A model generated the notes under the pieces. That model ran no database searches. It was not told where the DNA came from and was given only the letters and a program-made list of their open reading frames with translations. A program made the position numbers and the translations under genes. DNA of 64,000 nt, taken from positions 186,001-250,000 of the IMG/VR virus record IMGVR_UViG_3300046517_002304; one strand, 5' to 3'. This document shows positions 46,609 through 56,230 of the stretch, one piece after another; within the stretch, counting starts at the first letter, position 1; the number at the start of each line of letters is the position of its first letter.

Positions 46609-47985
46609 ATGAATCCTAGACAACTAGAAAAAATCGGCATTACCCCGGACTGTATGTCTACTGCTATTGCTGGAATACAGAAGGCGGCAAAAGATGGCGT
46701 TCTTAGAACAATGAACGTTAAGGCCAAAATAAAGGGAATAGCAGATAACCCAGAATCTGGCGTGAATGATCTATATTTCGGGGATTTGGCTAAGGAAATT
46801 ATAAAAGATAAGAGTTTTGTCGCCAAAGAACCTGTTCCTTATTCTTATTGGGGAGTGGTGGACGAAAATGTAAAGGGTCAAATGCAAAACGTTTGCTCTG
46901 TTCCTAATGTGGAAAAAGTATCTTTAATGGCAGATAGTCATTATTGCACGCCGATACCCGTAGGAGCAGTCGTCGCTATGTCGGACGCCATTTCTCCATC
47001 TCTAGTAGGATCTGACATTTCATGTATGATGAAAATGTCTATCCTTGACATGCCCGTTTTGTCTATTAAAACCAAGCTTAATCTTTATAAAGAAGCGATT
47101 AATACCAGCACTAGGTTCGGAATGGGGCCTGAAGCATTGCACGATAAGCCGCAGCATCACCCTATAATGGACCAGCACTGGAGCATCACTAGAGTAACTA
47201 GAGAGATTAAAGATAGGGCATGGAAGCAATTAGGTAGTTCTGGTAACGGGAATCATTTTTGTGATATAGGAATAGTTACGCTAAATTCTAATGCATTTGG
47301 ATTAACTGCCGGCGAATATGTGGCTATTCTGTCTCACAGCGGTTCCAGAGGCCCTGGTGCGGCTGTATGCGATACTTATGACAGTATCGCTGGCAGAAAG
47401 CGACCTAGACGATATGATTACCTTGGGCGGCTGTCCTGGCTGGATAAAGGCACCCAAGAGTTTTATGAATACTGGGAAGCAATGAACTTCATGGGAGAAT
47501 ATGCATCTGCTAATCATGAAGTTATACATAGGTTGCTAGTAAAAAACATAGGAGCAAATGTCTTGTTCTCATTAGAAAATAAACATAATTTTGCTTGGCT
47601 AGAGGAAGTGGACGGCAAGGAAATGTACGTTCACAGAAAAGGAGCAACTCCCGCCGGAAATGGAGTTATGGGAATTATCCCTGGTTCTATGGCTTCGCCA
47701 GCGTTTGTGGTTTGCGGAAAGGGTAATAAAGAATCAATTAACTCTGCGTCTCATGGCGCAGGACGAGTAATGAGCCGTAGACAAGCTAATGAGAAGTTTA
47801 ATTGGAAATCTATTAAAGGTGATTTAGACAAAAAAGGTATAACCGTAATTGGTGCATCTGCCGAAGAAGCACCTTATGTGTATAAGGACATTGAGCAAGT
47901 TATGAAACAACAGGAAGACCTGGTAGATGTAGTGGCTCGTTTTGATCCAAAAATTGTTCGTATGGCAGAAGATGAAAGAAGATGA
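46609..47985 (+). CDS. rtcB: RtcB family RNA 3'-phosphate/2',3'-cyclic phosphate ligase
   Basis: MADSH, GSDISC, GNGNHF, SHSGSRG, HNFA, HRKGAT, IIPGSM, SHGAGR and EEAP..YKDI. Likely start MNPRQLE at 46609. Confidence 0.95.
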   Translation: MNPRQLEKIGITPDCMSTAIAGIQKAAKDGVLRTMNVKAKIKGIADNPESGVNDLYFGDLAKEIIKDKSFVAKEPVPYSYWGVVDENVKGQMQNVCSVPNVEKVSLMADSHYCTPIPVGAVVAMSDAISPSLVGSDISCMMKMSILDMPVLSIKTKLNLYKEAINTSTRFGMGPEALHDKPQHHPIMDQHWSITRVTREIKDRAWKQLGSSGNGNHFCDIGIVTLNSNAFGLTAGEYVAILSHSGSRGPGAAVCDTYDSIAGRKRPRRYDYLGRLSWLDKGTQEFYEYWEAMNFMGEYASANHEVIHRLLVKNIGANVLFSLENKHNFAWLEEVDGKEMYVHRKGATPAGNGVMGIIPGSMASPAFVVCGKGNKESINSASHGAGRVMSRRQANEKFNWKSIKGDLDKKGITVIGASAEEAPYVYKDIEQVMKQQEDLVDVVARFDPKIVRMAEDERR

Positions 47986-48278
47986 AGAAAAAAATTTATG
48001 TTCTAACCAATAAAACAGGCGCAGGAGAGCCTAATGCCCCTGGAATCGCTTTAAAAGAAGGGCGCTGGTATACCGTAGACGTTACGCAGATAGCCAATGA
48101 TTTAATCAGATATAGGGTATGGAGCAATGCAACCGGAAATGAAGGCAACCACACAATCGGTAAAAAAGAAGTGCGCATGTATGATATTAAAACAACAAAA
48201 TTTATTCATTTACCAGTTATTAAGTCTTTGGAGAAAGGCTGTTTTGTAAGAAGTCAAAAAATCAATCTTGACTTGTAA
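47982..48278 (+). CDS. Hypothetical protein
   Basis: 98 aa, coupled to rtcB. Confidence 0.5.
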   Translation: MKKKIYVLTNKTGAGEPNAPGIALKEGRWYTVDVTQIANDLIRYRVWSNATGNEGNHTIGKKEVRMYDIKTTKFIHLPVIKSLEKGCFVRSQKINLDL

Positions 48279-48447
48279 AGTCACCCCTGGTTAGTTTAGA
48301 TACGATAATTTCTTTTACGGGTGGAGGGAGTTTAGCCGGAAGCATCTCTTCAGCGAAATAAATGATCTGAGTATTTCCGGCAGGAGCGCCGCAGCCACCA
48401 TGAAGGCAACTAGTGTGTTCTAAGTTATTCAAGTCAAATAGTGGCAT
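48262..48447 (-). CDS. Small hypothetical protein
   Basis: 61 aa; TAAATA-N4-ATG. Confidence 0.5.
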   Translation of the reverse strand: MPLFDLNNLEHTSCLHGGCGAPAGNTQIIYFAEEMLPAKLPPPVKEIIVSKLTRGDFTSQD

Positions 48448-48451
48448 ATAG

Positions 48452-48457
48452 TATTTA
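48452..48457 (-). promoter_or_regulatory. Late-promoter-like TAAATA
   Basis: 4 nt before ATG 48447. A divergent TAAATA at 48474-48479 faces the cyanophycinase-like gene. Confidence 0.55.
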
Positions 48458-48483
48458 TTGTTTGTACTTTATCTAAATATTAA

Positions 48484-49404
48484 TTGATGGCAAAAAATCT
48501 CAAACGATGTTTGTTTTTCATAATTCTATTTGCCATACTCTTCTCATCGCTCCCGCAAGACAAATATAAAAACGGTGCCGTTGTCTTAATAGGCGGCGGA
48601 TATTGTGCAGAGGGCATTGAGTGGCTGTTAAATAAGGCCGAAAGTAGAGAGATGCTCGTGCTATCGTCAGATGACGTATGGATGAGCTGGCTATACAGAC
48701 TTCAGGCCAATACTAAGATAGACTTCTTAATAATACCATCTAGGGATGCCGCTAACTCAGATCAAGTAATTGATAAAATCTATAGAGCTAAATCCATTCT
48801 GATATCCGGAGGCTATCAGAACGATTACATTAAGTTATGGAAAGGAACCAAGCTTGCGGCAGCAATAAGCAAAATGGCTTATAAAATTCCCGTTGGTGGG
48901 TCAAGTGCCGGACTAGCTATTATGGGTGAATTTTACTATTCAGCAAAAAACAATACGGTGATTAGCGATGAAGCGCTATTCAACCCGTATAATGAGTTTA
49001 TGTCTGATATTGATAATAACTTTCTTAAATTACCATTTATGGAAAATATAATTACTGACTCTCATTACGCAGAAAGAGGGCGACAAGGCAGACACTTGGT
49101 CTTCATGGCGAGAATATTAAATGATAGGCATATAGAAAATATTAAAGGAATCGGAATAGATGAAGACACGGCTTTATGCATTGACTACCGGGGAACCACA
49201 ACCGTTTTAGGGAATGGCAAGTGTTATCTTATAGAAAATCTATCTTTCCCGAAGATATGCATTATAGGACAATGCCTAATCTGGAACAGAGCAGCAAGGG
49301 CGTACATCATTAGTTCTGGCACCGTATTTGATATTAATAAATGGAAATTTGAGAGCAGCGAAGTTTGGAGTGTTGAAGACGGGAAACTAGTCCGCGCTAA
49401 TTAG
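48484..49404 (+). CDS. Cyanophycinase-like S51 serine peptidase with signal peptide
   Basis: VLIGGG, ISGGYQ, GGSSAG (Ser), TDSHY (His) and GIGIDEDTA (Glu); hydrophobic N-terminus. Confidence 0.85.
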   Translation: MMAKNLKRCLFFIILFAILFSSLPQDKYKNGAVVLIGGGYCAEGIEWLLNKAESREMLVLSSDDVWMSWLYRLQANTKIDFLIIPSRDAANSDQVIDKIYRAKSILISGGYQNDYIKLWKGTKLAAAISKMAYKIPVGGSSAGLAIMGEFYYSAKNNTVISDEALFNPYNEFMSDIDNNFLKLPFMENIITDSHYAERGRQGRHLVFMARILNDRHIENIKGIGIDEDTALCIDYRGTTTVLGNGKCYLIENLSFPKICIIGQCLIWNRAARAYIISSGTVFDINKWKFESSEVWSVEDGKLVRAN

Positions 49405-49840
49405 CGTATCTTTTAATTAATGAAATAGAATGATTAATTAAAGCGCTAAGCCCGAAGTGCTTCGGTTGTATTTTCAGAAGCTCATTTAAATCTACCCACT
49501 TAAACTCCTGCGTTTCACAGTTGCTGGTCGGCTGAAATTCTTCGGGTACTAAACCGATGAAATTATGATACTCAAAATCCTTATCTTTAAACACATAAGC
49601 GGGAATTAGGTTTATCATTCCACGATAACCAGTTTCTTCATGAAACTCTCTATTGGCTTCTGCTTTTAGGCTTATCGTATTATCGTCTACCTTACCGCCG
49701 ATAGTTCCATAGGTATTTGGCTCATTCACATGAATAGAGCGCAATGCTATTAGAATTCTCTTCGTAGTAAAAGAAATGGGCAATATCCCAACTCCCTTGC
49801 TTCCCCAATATCGGGATTCTAAATAGTTTTTGAATTTCAT
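49397..49840 (-). CDS. Nudix hydrolase with FKNYLE N-terminal motif
   Basis: GG....REFHEETGY Nudix box. Start MKFKNYLE at 49840 (TAATG-coupled). Confidence 0.85.
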   Translation of the reverse strand: MKFKNYLESRYWGSKGVGILPISFTTKRILIALRSIHVNEPNTYGTIGGKVDDNTISLKAEANREFHEETGYRGMINLIPAYVFKDKDFEYHNFIGLVPEEFQPTSNCETQEFKWVDLNELLKIQPKHFGLSALINHSISLIKRYAN

Positions 49841-50076
49841 TAGCTTAAATGCTTGTAGGCTCGCCATATAACACAAACCCCAATACCACCGGCTACCGAA
49901 AAGAAGATGCTTTCATGACAACCGAATAAAGACGCAACTAAGTGGCCTAGTACTGATCCAAATACCCCCACTGCTGTAGTTGCCCAGAAACCTTCTGGCT
50001 CTTCGCCAGGATGAATTAGTTTAGCAATCTGACCGATTGTGAATCCCATTAAAACAACATAAATAATATGAAACAT
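49840..50076 (-). CDS. GlsB/YeaQ/YmgE family membrane protein
   Basis: GFTIGQIAKLIHPG..G...T..VGV.GS.LG..SVAGG; GGAGG upstream. Confidence 0.8.
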   Translation of the reverse strand: MFHIIYVVLMGFTIGQIAKLIHPGEEPEGFWATTAVGVFGSVLGHLVASLFGCHESIFFSVAGGIGVCVIWRAYKHLS

Positions 50077-50097
50077 AATGATTTGCCTCCAAGATAT

Positions 50098-50982
50098 TTA
50101 GGATACATTAACCGGTTTATTATTGACAACCACTTTAGGCAAGGCGTCTAGTATGGCTTCTATAAGTTTAACCTGCCCATCGTCAACCTTTTCTAGGTAT
50201 ATGAATAAATCTGCTAAGTTTCTAGCATCTGGATGGTATGAGTATCTATTGGCCAGAAGGTGCTGTATGGCTTTTAGCATTTCATCTTCGGAATCGCCCA
50301 GTACATGCTTTGTGAGAGCAAAGTAATCTCTTTTAAATTGGGCTACTCTTACGCCAAATTCATGCGGCATTAAATAATATTTAACAGTATTTTTTTCATC
50401 TCTGTCAAGGTCTGAATTATCAATATCGGCATCAGTAAATTGTCTAATAAGTCGCTCTTTAAAAGTATTTTGGGCAGCGTGCGTTAGCTCGTGTGCCAGT
50501 GCTTCTTCTTCATCTTTTTTAGCAACTACGCAGAAAGGATTGCCGATTGCGTCGTTGGAGCAAAAGGCTACATTGCCCGTTAACTTACCCTTTAGCTCAT
50601 CTGGACTTACGTTTATAACTGGAACGTACTGCATCATTCTAATCTGGTTAAACACCATGCCGCTTTTGGCATCTGCGGGTTTTTGAGCCTTAACTGCATT
50701 GCTTATTGCACTATCAGTTTTATCACCATAAAAACCATGTATTACATCTAGTGGTTTATAAAAAGCAATTTGATCTGGGTTTAAATTATACCCATATGTT
50801 TTTTTAACATATTGAATTAAGTCGGCCTTTCTCTCAACTTCTGTTGCCTTATCAGGATGAATCCGAGATACCTTTGGCATTATACCCATCATGGCTGTGC
50901 CGATTACTAATGGACTTGCTATTTTACGAAGCCTGCTGTTCATAAGACCCTCAGTTTGAATTAGCCATTCTCTAAATCGCAT
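50098..50982 (-). CDS. Zincin-like (HExxH) metallopeptidase-domain protein with FREWL motif
   Basis: ALAHELTHAAQ (50479-50493) and downstream PHEF; N-terminus MRFREWLIQTE. Confidence 0.65.
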   Translation of the reverse strand: MRFREWLIQTEGLMNSRLRKIASPLVIGTAMMGIMPKVSRIHPDKATEVERKADLIQYVKKTYGYNLNPDQIAFYKPLDVIHGFYGDKTDSAISNAVKAQKPADAKSGMVFNQIRMMQYVPVINVSPDELKGKLTGNVAFCSNDAIGNPFCVVAKKDEEEALAHELTHAAQNTFKERLIRQFTDADIDNSDLDRDEKNTVKYYLMPHEFGVRVAQFKRDYFALTKHVLGDSEDEMLKAIQHLLANRYSYHPDARNLADLFIYLEKVDDGQVKLIEAILDALPKVVVNNKPVNVS

Positions 50983-50986
50983 GAAT

Positions 50987-50992
50987 TATTTA
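50987..50992 (-). promoter_or_regulatory. Late-promoter-like TAAATA
   Basis: 4 nt before ATG 50982. Confidence 0.6.
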
Positions 50993-52410
50993 TGGAAATG
51001 GCATCCTATAATAGATTCACGATGTTAAAACTAGAAAAGATAAAGAAAGCATTAGACTTAGTTAGGGTAAATCCAGAAAAGGCAGAGCCAATGCTGGTAG
51101 ATTTATATAAACAGTATTCGTCTGATAGACAACTAGGCCGAATGCTTGGTATGTGTAAAATTCAGCTAAAAAAGTTTAAAGATGCAGAACCTATATTCGT
51201 CAACTTAGTGCAAAAAGAGCGAAGATATGATGATTACTTTATTATGGCAGGCATCTATACGAATCTAGGGAAACATGACGAATCTATAAGCATTTTATAT
51301 AAGTTATTAAATCAAAAACCAGATGATATCAAAGTACAAAACCATATTGCTAGTAAGCTTTGGAATATTGGCAAGTACGAGGATTCTATTAAATTACTAA
51401 AAAATTCTAGTCATAGCTATAAAACATGCGATGATTGGGACAATCTAGCTAATTTTGCGATTAATTTTCTAGACTTACAAACAGCAGAACTGGCAACAAA
51501 AGAATCTCTAAAAATTAATCCAGATAATCCTGCGGCTCACCTTAATCTTATCGATTTATACGATTTTCGTGGTGATTGGAAGTCTGCAATTAAAGAAAAA
51601 GAATGGCGAGTGAAGCAGTTTGACGATTACAAAGTGTATTTTAACAAGTATCCAGCAGACAAGCTGTGGGCCGGGCAATCTCTTGATAATAAAACAATTA
51701 TAATTTATGGTGAACAGGGTTTCGGCGATGTCATTCAACACTATAGATTTGCATCTTATCTTGAGAACACTAAGGTAATATTTAACTGCCCCAATAAGCT
51801 TAAAACCCTTTTATACAACCAAGAAAGTAATTTTGAAATCATCGCGTCTAATATGTCAGATCCAGAACCATCTCCTGAGCATGACTATCATATTTTGTCA
51901 GACAGCCTACCGTATGTGATGAAAGTAACATCCATATGCGGTAGGCCGTATCTTAAATCTCAAAAATCAGATTTAAAAAGCAATAAATTTAAGGTGGGGT
52001 TTGTGTGGGCTGGAAACAGTCAGTATAAAATGGATAAAGAGCGTTCTATTCCGCAAGACTTTTTCCGCTTTAACAACGATAAGATTCAACTTTATAGCTT
52101 ACAAGTGCCATCACAAGATGGAGATTTTTATATTAACTTGGCAGATAAAATTAATGATTTTTCTGACACCGCTCAATTTTTGATGGGATTAGATTTATTC
52201 ATTTCATGCGATACTGCAACGGCGCATTTGGCTGGCGCATTAGGTGTTTCTACATGGCTATGCTTACCATATTCTCCGGACTCAAGATGGGGGCTGGGAG
52301 AAACTTCGCATTGGTATGATTCTATTCGAATATTCCGACAAGAAAGTGTCGGGAACTGGCATTCTGTATTTAATAATATCAAGAACGCTCTTTTAACAAC
52401 CATCCCTTAA
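50992..52410 (+). CDS. TPR-repeat plus GT9-like glycosyltransferase
   Basis: N-terminal TPR helices; EQGFGDVIQ, GFVWAGN, DLFISCDTATAHLAGALG and WYDSIRIFRQ. Confidence 0.9.
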   Translation: MEMASYNRFTMLKLEKIKKALDLVRVNPEKAEPMLVDLYKQYSSDRQLGRMLGMCKIQLKKFKDAEPIFVNLVQKERRYDDYFIMAGIYTNLGKHDESISILYKLLNQKPDDIKVQNHIASKLWNIGKYEDSIKLLKNSSHSYKTCDDWDNLANFAINFLDLQTAELATKESLKINPDNPAAHLNLIDLYDFRGDWKSAIKEKEWRVKQFDDYKVYFNKYPADKLWAGQSLDNKTIIIYGEQGFGDVIQHYRFASYLENTKVIFNCPNKLKTLLYNQESNFEIIASNMSDPEPSPEHDYHILSDSLPYVMKVTSICGRPYLKSQKSDLKSNKFKVGFVWAGNSQYKMDKERSIPQDFFRFNNDKIQLYSLQVPSQDGDFYINLADKINDFSDTAQFLMGLDLFISCDTATAHLAGALGVSTWLCLPYSPDSRWGLGETSHWYDSIRIFRQESVGNWHSVFNNIKNALLTTIP

Positions 52411-53107
52411 AACTAACACTATCGCCGAACTGAAAAGATTTTTGCTGATAGTAAGGGTGTAGCTTTTGCGTTTCTATGTCCTTAACTTGTTGGTTGGCAA
52501 CATTACCGTATTGAGTAGACGGTGATTGTGATGGCTTTCCGCCGTTTTCTAATTCTGGAAGAGTAAAAGTATAATTTTTTTTTGTGGAGTAAACATAAAC
52601 ATAGAACTCTTCGTTCTCATCAAATTCTTCGCTCCCACCCTCTTGTTCAATAATTTCCCCTAATCCATCGGCTATTTCTTTTATGTCTTTCGGCATGAGA
52701 GTCCATGTTTCCACATGATCGTTTCTAACCGCTTTCCATCCGTATTGCTTTATGACATATTCTCTAGAATCTCCGCGACCCTCAGCAATGGCGAACATAT
52801 CTGCCGGAATTTTATGCTTGGCTAATGATTTGTCGATAAGTTTTTTTCGTCTTTGATTATCATTAAGTATTTTCAGAGCGCTAATTTCATACTGATTTAA
52901 TTCGCCTTCTTCGTCATCAATAATCTTCTCTACAAATTCGTCCCAGTCCACATACTCATTATTAATGAACTCATCAAGTCCATATGCGCCAATTACTTGG
53001 CGCATAACGAAATCTGTGGCTATAAAATCATGATTCTTATCGCCTGTGTCGCCATCTGCGAAATCTACTTCGCCTCCGATAATCCAGTATTCTCCAGTTA
53101 TTGCCAT
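52379..53107 (-). CDS. Acidic hypothetical protein with C-terminal FKGWL motif
   Basis: 242 aa; TATATA-N4-ATG (53112-53117). Confidence 0.6.
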   Translation of the reverse strand: MAITGEYWIIGGEVDFADGDTGDKNHDFIATDFVMRQVIGAYGLDEFINNEYVDWDEFVEKIIDDEEGELNQYEISALKILNDNQRRKKLIDKSLAKHKIPADMFAIAEGRGDSREYVIKQYGWKAVRNDHVETWTLMPKDIKEIADGLGEIIEQEGGSEEFDENEEFYVYVYSTKKNYTFTLPELENGGKPSQSPSTQYGNVANQQVKDIETQKLHPYYQQKSFQFGDSVSFKGWLLKERS

Positions 53108-53123
53108 ACTTTATATAGGAAAT

Positions 53124-54845
53124 TTATATTACTTTGCGGGTATACATCCATTCATATATCCTCTCAAAACACCAAGGCGCTTCTGGGAAGTTAATAGATA
53201 AATCAAGCCATTTTTGATATTGTTCTTTGGTATATTGCCTAATTGTATCTCTTCCTATAGCCATTATGGCCCCAGCCCCAAAGCACAACGTATCTGGTAA
53301 TTTATCGTCTGGAAACATGGTAGAAAGCAGCTCTTGTATTTTCAGACCATCATGGTTCGGCCTACCGTTTAAGTAACAGTCCAAGTTTACGTCGCACAAA
53401 TTAATAAAAGAAATATTGCGAGGTATCTTTATTATATTGCTCATAAATTTACGACAATGGGCCATTGTGTTGCCTTGACAAAAAATCGTAACATCAGACA
53501 AGTTATCGTAGTTTTCTATAATATGATGAAAGTAAGTATGGGCCTCTCTGCCGATATTAGGCAAAGCAATAGCAGGCGTTAGCTTACTTTCTGATTTATC
53601 ATACACTTTTTTCTTGCAGTTTAAATCGTGAAGCCAATCAATATCTTCTTTATATTTTGCCACCACAATTTCAATACCATCTAAGCTTTCATTAACTACA
53701 TAATATTCTTTAAAATCTGTAAATTGCTCATATTTTTTTTCCATGCTAGTTTTATTTTCGCTAGGATAAGTTCCTGTGGTATGGTAGCATATAAGAGAAA
53801 ATTTATCCTTGATAATAGCAGTATTACTAAACGTATTTGGAAGCCTGGCCCATCTTATCGGATATTTTGCTGACACCTTAAATAACTCTGATATATAATA
53901 CTGGTCATCATGTTCGGGATTTTGCTCCACGCGATCCAAAACATCGGCATAAAGCTTCTCTGTAATTTCGGAGCATCTCACCACCGCCAACCCTCCGTTT
54001 ACACAGTAATAATCACAGTGATCCGTTTCTTTCATAAAAAGAACGTCTTTATTTATCATAAGTTTTTGCACAATATCATAAAACGGACGAATCCATAAGA
54101 TATCGGAATCTGAAAATATTACTATTTTACCGTAATTATTTTTGATTAAATTTAAAGCTATCTTGGTTCTTTTGATTATAGTAGACATGTACCCATAACT
54201 ATTCCAATTTGCGTTTCCCGGTACCTCAACTGATATCGCCCCAACTCTAATGTTTGGATCGTTGGTAATCTTTAAAGAATTTAAAAATACAGAATGCTCC
54301 ATATCCTTATAATTTCCTGCGCCCACCGTGTATATGTTAATCGGCTCATTATACGGGATTAGCTTTTGGTGGTTTTTTGCAATATCTACCTTAACTGGAT
54401 TTTTTTCGTTTATCCATTCTGTAAAACATCTAGTATCTGATGTATCTAATAAACTAGATGATACCATAGTGCCGCTGAAGCCTCCGCCAGAACCCAAGCG
54501 AATTATTTCATGCTTAGAACACTCAAAAGACATTTTGGCTAGCATGTCCCGGCTGTTTAATAGGAAATCTTCGTCGATAAAACAGATATATTTTGAATAC
54601 AGCAAGTTACAGCATAGGTTCATAACGGAATTGATGCTGTTTATTTCAGCAAAATGAATCTCTACATCCGGAGATTTAAAATCATAAATGTACTTGATAT
54701 AATCAACATTTGAACCATTGTAAACTATTGCGATATACGGATTGTCGGATTGTAACCTTAACTCATTAACAATGCTGTCAATTTTTTTCTCATTTTGTAT
54801 GATTAAACATACGGTTATCGGATAATCCCAAGGATAAATTTTCAT
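53124..54845 (-). CDS. Multi-domain glycosyltransferase: GT-A-like + nucleotide-diphospho-sugar transferase + DUF3431-like
   Basis: IFSDSDILW (DxD), VNGG and DDQYY; C-terminal IVVAKYKEDIDW..NIGREAHTY..YDNL.DVTIFCQG. Confidence 0.75.
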   Translation of the reverse strand: MKIYPWDYPITVCLIIQNEKKIDSIVNELRLQSDNPYIAIVYNGSNVDYIKYIYDFKSPDVEIHFAEINSINSVMNLCCNLLYSKYICFIDEDFLLNSRDMLAKMSFECSKHEIIRLGSGGGFSGTMVSSSLLDTSDTRCFTEWINEKNPVKVDIAKNHQKLIPYNEPINIYTVGAGNYKDMEHSVFLNSLKITNDPNIRVGAISVEVPGNANWNSYGYMSTIIKRTKIALNLIKNNYGKIVIFSDSDILWIRPFYDIVQKLMINKDVLFMKETDHCDYYCVNGGLAVVRCSEITEKLYADVLDRVEQNPEHDDQYYISELFKVSAKYPIRWARLPNTFSNTAIIKDKFSLICYHTTGTYPSENKTSMEKKYEQFTDFKEYYVVNESLDGIEIVVAKYKEDIDWLHDLNCKKKVYDKSESKLTPAIALPNIGREAHTYFHHIIENYDNLSDVTIFCQGNTMAHCRKFMSNIIKIPRNISFINLCDVNLDCYLNGRPNHDGLKIQELLSTMFPDDKLPDTLCFGAGAIMAIGRDTIRQYTKEQYQKWLDLSINFPEAPWCFERIYEWMYTRKVI

Positions 54846-56221
54846 CTTTTTTTAATTTTTTGAAATTGTTCTAATTTTAACTCAACACTACTTTTATTTT
54901 TTACTGGGAATGTCCCTATTGAATGATAACAGATCAATCTATCGTCATTGATATCATACTCTAGCGAGCTATTGGCGAATACGCTTGGCAACATGCACCA
55001 TTTAAGATTGGACTTTGGCAGCAAAGTATTAACAATGCCCTGGAACCTTAAGTTTTTTTCCTTCAGCGAACAATATACTTTTTCGTAAAAATCATATATG
55101 TCCTTATAAAACTTTTCAGTTTTTTCCGAACACTTAATAACCGATATTCCTATATTGGCCTTATCCTCTGCCTCTTCGTTATTTGATTCTTTGGTGTACA
55201 GACAATCATAATTTTGCATCATTAAAAATTTAATCGTATGCGAAAACGGCTTGAACCAATAGATGTCCGCGTCAGAGAAGACTATGACTTTGCCATAATT
55301 TGATTTGATCAAGTTAATGATAATTTGCGTTTTATACAAATCCATGTCGGCAAATCCTTGGCTGGTAAAGTCACCATTACTATAATGATCTATAAATAAA
55401 GGCTTTAGCTCTATATCTGGATCATTAATTTCGTTCAATGACTTCATGTAAACATTATGATACAATTTCTCATGGGATTGAGAATACATGCAGAACATTT
55501 GTATTTTGCTATTATGATCCCACTGAGGCGATGTTGTATCGGCATAAGATAACATTAAATCAGAATCATGTTGCATCTTATCTTTATCGTCGTAAAACCC
55601 AAATACTTTGTCGCTCTTACTATAGCCTTCTTCTCCCAGTATAAATGGGCTAATTTTATTGTCTTTTAAATTCAAATTAAACATAACTTCCCTACTCAAG
55701 TAATCCTTAGATGCTCCAGTAGGCGCTTGATTCCGCAACCCTAATCTTTTACTTAGTTTTCTAAGATTAAAACTAATATTGTGCTTGGCGAATAAGTCTT
55801 TTTTTACCATAAGGCTTTTAAATCCCACCATTGACTTATGTCCTGGATAAGTTTTGTCAATTAAACTATATCCACATACGTTTTTTTTGCTGCATAATGA
55901 CATCATATATTCAAGAGAGCATGTCGCTTTTGGTAGACAGGTCATGTCTGTTATGTAAACATAATCTGATTTGCTTATACTAATAGCAAATTCTAATGCA
56001 CAAACAAATGCGTCAGATTGATTGATCTGATAGTTTGGCGATATCCATTGGACAATGATATTCTTGCTTTTAATTTCTTTTAAGTAATAAAAGTCCCCTA
56101 GCTTTTCTCCAGTATATAAGATAATAATATCAGGACGAATCGTTTGTAGTTCTAGCAAATTGACCAAATTAGCCACGCTTTGTCTTTGACTGGTGATAAT
56201 GCAGGCACTAATATTTGACAT
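54842..56221 (-). CDS. Glycosyltransferase: GT2-like N-terminus + nucleotide-diphospho-sugar transferase
   Basis: VFSDADIYW (DxD), ANIG and FQGIVN; C-terminal domain paralogous to the neighbouring gene. Confidence 0.72.
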   Translation of the reverse strand: MSNISACIITSQRQSVANLVNLLELQTIRPDIIILYTGEKLGDFYYLKEIKSKNIIVQWISPNYQINQSDAFVCALEFAISISKSDYVYITDMTCLPKATCSLEYMMSLCSKKNVCGYSLIDKTYPGHKSMVGFKSLMVKKDLFAKHNISFNLRKLSKRLGLRNQAPTGASKDYLSREVMFNLNLKDNKISPFILGEEGYSKSDKVFGFYDDKDKMQHDSDLMLSYADTTSPQWDHNSKIQMFCMYSQSHEKLYHNVYMKSLNEINDPDIELKPLFIDHYSNGDFTSQGFADMDLYKTQIIINLIKSNYGKVIVFSDADIYWFKPFSHTIKFLMMQNYDCLYTKESNNEEAEDKANIGISVIKCSEKTEKFYKDIYDFYEKVYCSLKEKNLRFQGIVNTLLPKSNLKWCMLPSVFANSSLEYDINDDRLICYHSIGTFPVKNKSSVELKLEQFQKIKKR

Positions 56222-56230
56222 ATATTTAAA

